IMG/VR virus record: IMGVR_UViG_3300036768_001294
Location: 1 to 61,944 of that record
DNA from: a virus
Taxonomy: Duplodnaviria; Caudoviricetes
DNA: 61,944 bases
Strand: one strand, 5' to 3'
Positions 56,152 through 61,944 of the stretch are shown here, piece by piece. Within the stretch, counting starts at the first letter, position 1; each line of letters begins with the position of its first letter. Below the pieces are notes generated by a model. The model was not told the origin of the DNA and ran no database searches. It saw only the letters and a program-made list of their open reading frames with translations. A program made the translations under genes and the position numbers.

Positions 56152-56230
56152 TCATGGATCTACATCCAGGTCCTTGTCCTTGGTGTTATCGGGTGTTTTG
56201 TTGCCGGTGTTCTAGCTTGAAGGAGCCAGA

Positions 56231-57220
56231 ATGCTTAGTCAAGAACAACGTGATCGACGAAGACAATCCATTGGTGGATCAGACATTGGAGTTATTGCAG
56301 GAGTCAACCCTTATAAGTCAGCATATGACTTATATCTCGAAAAGATCGGTGAGAAAGCCGATGATGCCCAAAATGATGCACAGTACTGGGGACTCCTGCT
56401 AGAAGAGCCGATTGCAAAGTTTTACTCCATCCAGCATCAAGAAATCCTACATGCCTTCACAGAAACCCTCATTCATCCAGATTATCCATTTCTTACCGCC
56501 AATCCTGATCGCGTCATTCTTGATGAAAATGGTCAGGCAAAACGAGTCATTGAGATTAAAACTGCTGGCATTGGCGGCATCAAACACTGGCATGATCAAG
56601 ATTCCCCTGGTAAACTGAGACCACCCGATTATGTCTCTCTTCAAGCCAATTGGTATGCTGGATTTCTTGAGTGTCAAGAGATCGATATTGTTCTCTTGCA
56701 CTTTTGCGAATCTTTTGACACGAATCGTTATGTCGAATTTCGGATGGACTTCGATCCTGAGCTCTTCAGACTCAGCGTTGAGATGGCCGTCGATTTCTGG
56801 CAGAATCATGTCATGCCGCAAAATCCTCCACTTCATACATGCACTCCAAAGGAATTCGATCATTATTTGCAGCGCAAATTCCAAGAGAGTACGGAAGAAA
56901 TCATTGAGTCAACGGCCGAGCTCGATCAGTTAGCCAGCAAATATGCGCACGCCAGTCATCAAGAAGATTTCTGGCATCGCCAGAAAACAATGCTGGCAAA
57001 TTTGTTCAAGCAAGCGATTGGTGAGAAATCCGGCATTATGGGAAAAAACTGGATTTGTCGCTGGGTTCCCATCAAGAGCGGTGGTGTGGATTGGCGAGCC
57101 CTCGCTGCTAGCAAAAATCCCAGCTATGAAGAATTGAAACAGTTTGAGCGTCCGGGTTACCGGCGCTTATATTTTCGCATGAAAGAGCAGGTGGATGACA
57201 TTCGGTCCGATGCATTATAG
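56231..57220 (+). CDS. YqaJ-like (lambda-exonuclease family) protein
   Basis: R..IGGSD...I.G.NPY.S...LY.EK, WG..LE, ANPD, IEIKT, Q..WY, FW..HV....PP. Confidence 0.92.
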   Translation: MLSQEQRDRRRQSIGGSDIGVIAGVNPYKSAYDLYLEKIGEKADDAQNDAQYWGLLLEEPIAKFYSIQHQEILHAFTETLIHPDYPFLTANPDRVILDENGQAKRVIEIKTAGIGGIKHWHDQDSPGKLRPPDYVSLQANWYAGFLECQEIDIVLLHFCESFDTNRYVEFRMDFDPELFRLSVEMAVDFWQNHVMPQNPPLHTCTPKEFDHYLQRKFQESTEEIIESTAELDQLASKYAHASHQEDFWHRQKTMLANLFKQAIGEKSGIMGKNWICRWVPIKSGGVDWRALAASKNPSYEELKQFERPGYRRLYFRMKEQVDDIRSDAL

Positions 57221-57377
57221 GAGAGAAGTGATGGATGAGCTCAGGGGTTTTGCTGAGTATGAGTTTTATCATCAAGAAGATTCAGAGATCGATGCACTTT
57301 ACGAGGATTTCTTCAAAAGTACCGATATAAGCCTTGCCGCTTATAAACTTTTCAGAGAATTTGATGATGATCTCTGA
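57195..57377 (+). CDS. Small acidic hypothetical protein
   Basis: 60 aa, D/E-rich; start uncertain. Confidence 0.4.
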   Translation: MTFGPMHYRREVMDELRGFAEYEFYHQEDSEIDALYEDFFKSTDISLAAYKLFREFDDDL

Positions 57378-57380
57378 AAG

Positions 57381-57839
57381 ATGGAGATGACAATGTACCT
57401 TGTGTACAACATAGCTGGTGGTCTTATTTACAAGGGCAAATCGCTGCAGAAAGCCATGGATTTTGCCATGGGTTTTAGGGCTGAACATTATATCATCACA
57501 GCCCGTGGAAAACGCCCCGTGGCCAAGTACCATGGCATACCGCGTTTAGGGGAATTTGGGGAAGATTATGATAGCTTCTTAGATCGATTGGAGAAGGCAG
57601 AACCCCCTCAGGAGGACAATATGAACCGAGATGAGCAATACATCGATGCCGTGCTGGCAAAAGTGAAAGCACTATGGATGCAGCATCCCTGGTTTCGGTT
57701 GGGCATCCTGCTTCACATTTTTTCCCACGATAAGACTAGTGGCCCTGTTGCCTATCTGGATGATTGTCATTTCTTCGATGATCAGGCCGAGTACGAGAAA
57801 CTTGTTCGCCACATTGATGGAAAAGGAGAGAACGCATGA
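57381..57839 (+). CDS. Hypothetical protein; N-terminal domain paralogous to 44665..44898
   Basis: Shared motifs with 44665; internal AGGAGG+ATG at MNRD suggests fusion of two small genes. Confidence 0.6.
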   Translation: MEMTMYLVYNIAGGLIYKGKSLQKAMDFAMGFRAEHYIITARGKRPVAKYHGIPRLGEFGEDYDSFLDRLEKAEPPQEDNMNRDEQYIDAVLAKVKALWMQHPWFRLGILLHIFSHDKTSGPVAYLDDCHFFDDQAEYEKLVRHIDGKGENA

Positions 57840-58867
57840 CCGAATTTGAGGGCGAAATTATCGAGAATATGCCAGCCATTGCCGACTCATCTCCAATGCC
57901 AGCGACAACTCACGGCATGATGCAGGTGCGCACACCTTACGTGGCGGCTATGCAAGTGGTGAAGCCTAGGGACATGGCCCAGGTTGAGCGAAACATTCTC
58001 AAGCAAGCCGCGATGCTTGGTGATCATGCTTTTTACTCTTGGGGCGCTGGCAAGGGCCGTGTGGAAGGCGGCACCATCGAGCTGGCTATGATGATGTTCA
58101 ACACTTATGGAAATTTAACGATCATTGCTGAGCCCGTTCAAGAGTCAGCCGAAGCCTGGATCTTTACACACTACATCGTTGATTTAGAGTCAGGTACAAG
58201 CGCACCGCGTCAATGGCGTGAGAGTAAACGTTCTAAGGTCGATGGAAATCTCGATCCAGAACGCAAAGATGCAATCCGCTTCAGCCGCGGTCAGTCGAAG
58301 AACATTCGCAATGTAATCCTTAATAAAATGCCGCGGTGGCTGATCGAGAAGGCTATCGAGGAGGCAAAGCGCGGCGTTAGGGGGCGCTTAGAGCAGTATA
58401 TTAAGAATAACGGCCTAGCAGCCGCACAACAGTATATTTTGCAGCAGCTTAAACGCTATGGTGTCACAGAAGAAATGGTCTTGGAAAAAATGGGGAGGGC
58501 AGATGTTAAGGGACTTGATATTGATGATCTTATCCAGCTTTCTGCTGACTTTAGGGCTATTGATAGTGGCCAAGAGCATGTAGCAACTCTCTTCCCGATG
58601 AAGGAAAGCACTCCGAAAATCGATTTAAAGGACAAGCTTCGCAGCAGCCTGTCCAAAGTTCAAGAAGCTGATATCATCGAAAAGAGAGATACCGAAGCTG
58701 AGATGGTAAATAGCTTATCCGTCTCACTAGGTAAAGCACCTTACACGTGGCTTGTGTCCGATGGCCTTCGAGAATATCTCGTTGAAGGCGACGACAACAA
58801 GCGCTGTAGCTGCAAGGCCAAAAATCCCTGCCTGCATATCCTCGCCGTTGCCAAGTTCACGGCATAA
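57836..58867 (+). CDS. Putative single-strand annealing/recombination protein with C-terminal SWIM-like finger
   Basis: Close to YqaJ; KPRD, FYSW, EG.TI.LA, YGN, DLE, SK..RNVIL; C-terminal CSC....CLH. Confidence 0.55.
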   Translation: MTEFEGEIIENMPAIADSSPMPATTHGMMQVRTPYVAAMQVVKPRDMAQVERNILKQAAMLGDHAFYSWGAGKGRVEGGTIELAMMMFNTYGNLTIIAEPVQESAEAWIFTHYIVDLESGTSAPRQWRESKRSKVDGNLDPERKDAIRFSRGQSKNIRNVILNKMPRWLIEKAIEEAKRGVRGRLEQYIKNNGLAAAQQYILQQLKRYGVTEEMVLEKMGRADVKGLDIDDLIQLSADFRAIDSGQEHVATLFPMKESTPKIDLKDKLRSSLSKVQEADIIEKRDTEAEMVNSLSVSLGKAPYTWLVSDGLREYLVEGDDNKRCSCKAKNPCLHILAVAKFTA

Positions 58868-58870
58868 TCA

Positions 58871-58917
58871 GAAAAGCGGGCTGCTCTGTTGGAAAACATG
58901 TGGTAGCCCGCTTTTTC
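58871..58917 (+). terminator. Probable terminator
   Basis: AAAAGCGGGCTGC ... GTAGCCCGCTTTTT. Confidence 0.6.
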
Positions 58918-58954
58918 TATCATGGATTTGGTTTCTGAAGGAAGGAGATGTTCG

Positions 58955-59392
58955 ATGGATTCCTCGCTTATTCTCGTCAGCCCAAAGAAGTTTTACCTCC
59001 CAGAAACGAAGCATTATTTGCTAAGACAAGCTGTCTCCGAGCTTATTGTTGAAGATAATCACTGGATGTTTATCCTGGCTCTCACTGATACGCATTTGTA
59101 TGATTTGCTGAAGGATTTCGTCTTCAGTCGTGAAGGTGGTTCAGTTCCCATGCTGATTCTCAACTCATTATCTATTCCCTTAACAGTTGTATTTGTTCCA
59201 AAAGAGCGTTTTAGCGAAGAGGAGGTTGAAGAGTTTTTACAAAGTTTGGGAATGAAGTACATTCGATATGAAGAAGAAGGTGAAGATAGCTCTATGATTG
59301 TTTTGGGCGAACGACCAGGATTTATTGATGGCCAAGGCATGCTCATTCAATCATTTGGCCAGTGGATGCTCATCGATTCTCTTCTCAATTAG
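58955..59392 (+). CDS. Hypothetical protein
   Basis: RBS AAGGAG; ORF track. Confidence 0.5.
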   Translation: MDSSLILVSPKKFYLPETKHYLLRQAVSELIVEDNHWMFILALTDTHLYDLLKDFVFSREGGSVPMLILNSLSIPLTVVFVPKERFSEEEVEEFLQSLGMKYIRYEEEGEDSSMIVLGERPGFIDGQGMLIQSFGQWMLIDSLLN

Positions 59393-59402
59393 GTTCCCAA
59401 TC

Positions 59403-60731
59403 ATGCCGAGTAATAATCATGTTCCGCCAGCTCTCATGAGCGCCGAGAGAAATGTTCTCGGCGCTCTGCTTCTTGATGGTGAATTATGTAATCAAGTGAT
59501 TGATATTCTTCCACCTCATCAGGGCACATGGTTTCACCATGCGGCTCATCATCTCATATTTCAGGCAATCCTTGTGCTCTATGAGCGCCATGAGCCTATC
59601 GACTTACACACGGTCTCAAATGTTCTCATTCAACGGGAACAATTGCAGAAAGTTGGCGGTAGTCGGTATCTCGCTGAGCTCATGGAGTCCGTCGTCTCCA
59701 CAGCGAATATCACATTTCATGCGAGACTTATTCGAGAAAAGGCGATTTACCGAACGCTCATCAATATTGCTTCATGTCTCTCCGATTCGGCTTACCGAGG
59801 AGAGAATCTTCAGGAAATCATAGGATCTGCCTATGATTCTTTGATGCAGGTTTCGCAGCTCCAAAATTCTTCTGATTTTGTGACCATGGAGCAAATGGTT
59901 CCGCGCATTATCTCAGAGGCACAACGTCCACGGTCACAGACACTGACTGGCCTTGATACAGGCTTTCCAGAATTAAATCGGATGACGGGTGGCTTTCAGA
60001 ATGCTGATTTGATTATTGTGGCTGCAAGGCCGGGACAAGGGAAAACGTCTTTAGGCTTGCAGTTTGCTGTAACGGCTGCTAGTATCCAAGATCGTCCCAT
60101 CGTGATCTTCAGCTTAGAGATGAGCAAGGAGCAGCTAGTCCAACGCATGATCTGTGCCGAGGCCCGGATTGACTCCTCACATTTCCGTCGAGGTCAGCTC
60201 CAGCATGATGAGTGGGACCACATTATGACAGTCAGCAGCCGCCTACAATATTTGCCGATTTTCATCGATGAGACACCGGGCTTGACAACAGTCGATATGC
60301 GTGCGCGGCTCAGACGCATCCGTACAGAGCGCGGACTTGCATGCATCATTGTGGATTATCTGCAATTGATTTCCCCTAAGAAACATCGAGATAACCGGAC
60401 GATGGAAGTATCTGAAATCAGCCGTGATCTAAAGCTCATGGCTAAGGAATTTGATGTGCCAGTTATCGCAATGGCCCAGCTCAGCCGGGCTGTGGAAAGT
60501 CGGCAGCCTCCAGTTCCACAGCTCTCAGATTTACGTGACAGCGGCGCCATTGAAAATGATGCCGATATTGTGATGTTCATTTACCGTGGCGATATTTACC
60601 AGCCCAATACTGATACAGGCGTAAGACTCATGCTTGCCAAACATCGTAATGGGCCAACGGGAGAAGTGAAATTAATGTTTCATAACGACTATGCTCGTTT
60701 TGATAGCGTTATTCGGGAGTCCTATGATTAA
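59403..60731 (+). CDS. dnaB: Replicative DNA helicase DnaB
   Basis: PP....AE..VLG, TGF.EL...TGG, AARPGQGKT, FSLEM, VDYLQL, QLSR, SDLRDSGAIE.DAD, KHRNGPTG. Confidence 0.96.
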   Translation: MPSNNHVPPALMSAERNVLGALLLDGELCNQVIDILPPHQGTWFHHAAHHLIFQAILVLYERHEPIDLHTVSNVLIQREQLQKVGGSRYLAELMESVVSTANITFHARLIREKAIYRTLINIASCLSDSAYRGENLQEIIGSAYDSLMQVSQLQNSSDFVTMEQMVPRIISEAQRPRSQTLTGLDTGFPELNRMTGGFQNADLIIVAARPGQGKTSLGLQFAVTAASIQDRPIVIFSLEMSKEQLVQRMICAEARIDSSHFRRGQLQHDEWDHIMTVSSRLQYLPIFIDETPGLTTVDMRARLRRIRTERGLACIIVDYLQLISPKKHRDNRTMEVSEISRDLKLMAKEFDVPVIAMAQLSRAVESRQPPVPQLSDLRDSGAIENDADIVMFIYRGDIYQPNTDTGVRLMLAKHRNGPTGEVKLMFHNDYARFDSVIRESYD

Positions 60732-61011
60732 AGATCAAGAGCTTAAAGAATTGTTTCTTAAATATGCTTTGCTGCTGGCTGATCTCAACTTTTACGCTCC
60801 GGAAGATGGATTTGAATTCGCGCTCTGGCGCGACATGAAGCAAGATCAATGTACATATGGTGATAGATTGGATTACCAGAATATTCGCAAAATGTCTCAG
60901 CTCCTCAACGGCTGGTTTGTATATAGCTGCGAAAAGAAGAGGATGGAGATCATACCTCTCGATCAATGGGAGGAAATCTTCGCTAGACAAGAAAAAAATA
61001 AGATGCTATGA
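60724..61011 (+). CDS. Hypothetical protein
   Basis: Overlaps dnaB stop; EF.LW...GWF...IP..QW. Confidence 0.5.
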   Translation: MIKDQELKELFLKYALLLADLNFYAPEDGFEFALWRDMKQDQCTYGDRLDYQNIRKMSQLLNGWFVYSCEKKRMEIIPLDQWEEIFARQEKNKML

Positions 61012-61176
61012 TTATCACTGCTACTTGCCCAGCAGTCCTCTGACTGCTGGGTTTTTTTTGTTCGATTTTCCGCCCATCGAAACTGCGTGGCAATCATCCT
61101 ATGGTGTTGATAAGCTTGTGTTGAAATCTCTGGTTTGACCATGTTAACAGCCCATAAACAAGTTGGAGGATTTAAA

Positions 61177-61434
61177 ATGGAAGTGACAGAGCGCTTACGG
61201 CAGCTTGTTGAGTACATGGCTCGTTCTATTCTCGACGACGAGCATCCCCTGAAAGTGCATGCTGTCAATGGTGCCGAAAACATCGTGCTTGAGGTCTCAT
61301 GCAGCCCCGATGATATTGGCTTGCTCATCGGGAGAAATGGCCGGGTCATCGAGTCTATTCGCACGATTGTACGCGCTGCCTGCCGCGGTGAGCACATTCG
61401 TATTACCGTGGAAGTTCTTAATTCTCGAAACTGA
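61177..61434 (+). CDS. khpA: KhpA-like (UPF0109) single-KH-domain RNA-binding protein
   Basis: LVEY.A..I.D, D.G.LIGRNGR.I..IRTIV.A (GxxG KH loop); RBS GGAGGA. Confidence 0.8.
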   Translation: MEVTERLRQLVEYMARSILDDEHPLKVHAVNGAENIVLEVSCSPDDIGLLIGRNGRVIESIRTIVRAACRGEHIRITVEVLNSRN

Positions 61435-61438
61435 ATAG

Positions 61439-61777
61439 GTGGATCTCATGAAGCAATTGGAATTAGCCTTTGGGGCTCCACTCTGCCTCGTCATATTTCT
61501 GGCTGGAATAGGGCTTTTGGCTGGTGCTAATGCTATGGTTGTATTCAAAGCCATAGTCATAGGACTTCCTGTCACCGCCTATCTCTGTTTCGCCATTTTC
61601 ACCGCAATTTGGGCGATTCGCGTTGGTGAGATAGGTGTCAAGCAGGGCATGACCTTTCAGGCAAAGTTTTACTTTTACCATGGCGTGGCTGTAATTCTGA
61701 CTGTCGTTCTCTCAGCCTCGGGAAGTTTTATCATCTTATTTGCATTGCTGATTGGGAGATTGCTTAGTGCCATTTAA
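61439..61777 (+). CDS. Membrane protein
   Basis: 3-4 hydrophobic segments. Confidence 0.6.
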   Translation: MDLMKQLELAFGAPLCLVIFLAGIGLLAGANAMVVFKAIVIGLPVTAYLCFAIFTAIWAIRVGEIGVKQGMTFQAKFYFYHGVAVILTVVLSASGSFIILFALLIGRLLSAI

Positions 61778-61944
61778 TGATCTACTTCAGGCAAATGGCG
61801 TTCGATTGACGGAGACCTCTGCCTACCTTGCTGGACAAGACCCAGATTATGCTGACAATTTGCGTCAGGGTTTTCGGCGTCTGAGCCAAGTGCAGAATGA
61901 TCGTGACCTGCTGCCTATCGAGCAGCAGCGCATGATCGAAATCG

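Larger units (their letters stand above)
1..61944. mobile_element. Tailed bacteriophage genome segment (Caudoviricetes-like)
   Basis: TerL/TerS, neck- and tail-like genes, SSB, YqaJ exonuclease, RuvC, DnaB, dense small ORFs with overlapping stop/start codons; no host operons or integrase seen. Confidence 0.93.

Noticed and set aside
1-61944. Genome-wide TGA or TAG recoding
   Set aside because: Long conserved genes are intact in code 11 and many end in TGA/TAG with normal ATGA overlaps; the 8202 TGA is a local case
1-61944. tRNA, tmRNA, rRNA, integrase/att sites
   Set aside because: No cloverleaf with T-loop GTTCRA in intergenic space and no integrase motifs recognised by eye; tRNAscan/ARAGORN would be needed to exclude formally

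Overview
The whole 61.9-kb window reads as part of a tailed dsDNA phage genome; I see no host housekeeping context, integrase, portal or major capsid gene. 1-30.8 kb (+) is a late/virion region: small Ser/Thr/Gly-rich proteins, a GH42-like hydrolase, a fibre-like protein, neck-type genes, a tail-tip protein, 3 paralogous adaptor-like genes and 4 tandem paralogous tail proteins. Interleaved and apparently translationally coupled with these is a sugar/modification cassette: 2 cobalamin-dependent radical SAM enzymes, 4 glycosyltransferases, an NDP-sugar epimerase, WecB, a DUF5664-like enzyme, a HAD nucleotidase, a serine protease and a lysozyme-like protein. 30.8-35.1 kb holds TerS/TerL, a metallophosphoesterase and small genes. 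35.1-37.0 kb (-) holds dcd, a helicase-loader-like gene and a Phd-domain/replication-initiator fusion. 37.0-40.3 kb has no credible gene: it contains direct repeats, a very GC-rich island bracketed by inverted 14-bp-period TGA-N3-TCA arrays, and a ~240-nt rod-like fold-back. 40.3-61.9 kb (+) is an early/replication region: many small genes, a Csx20-like candidate ring nuclease, 3 Cys-rich paralogs, SSB, an AAA/DUF1257/DUF2997/DUF3150-like cluster, RuvC, YqaJ exonuclease, an annealase-like protein, DnaB and a KhpA-like KH protein. Best leads: (1) a virion-coupled glycosylation/radical-SAM system; (2) an unannotated 31-codon CxxC-UGA-CxxC minigene with a SECIS-like hairpin; (3) the structured non-coding island with its operator arrays; (4) a Csx20-like candidate anti-CRISPR; (5) a tail terminator fused to a distal-tail-like domain with no tube or tape measure between neck and tip. 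All family calls are by-eye motif recognition, not database searches.
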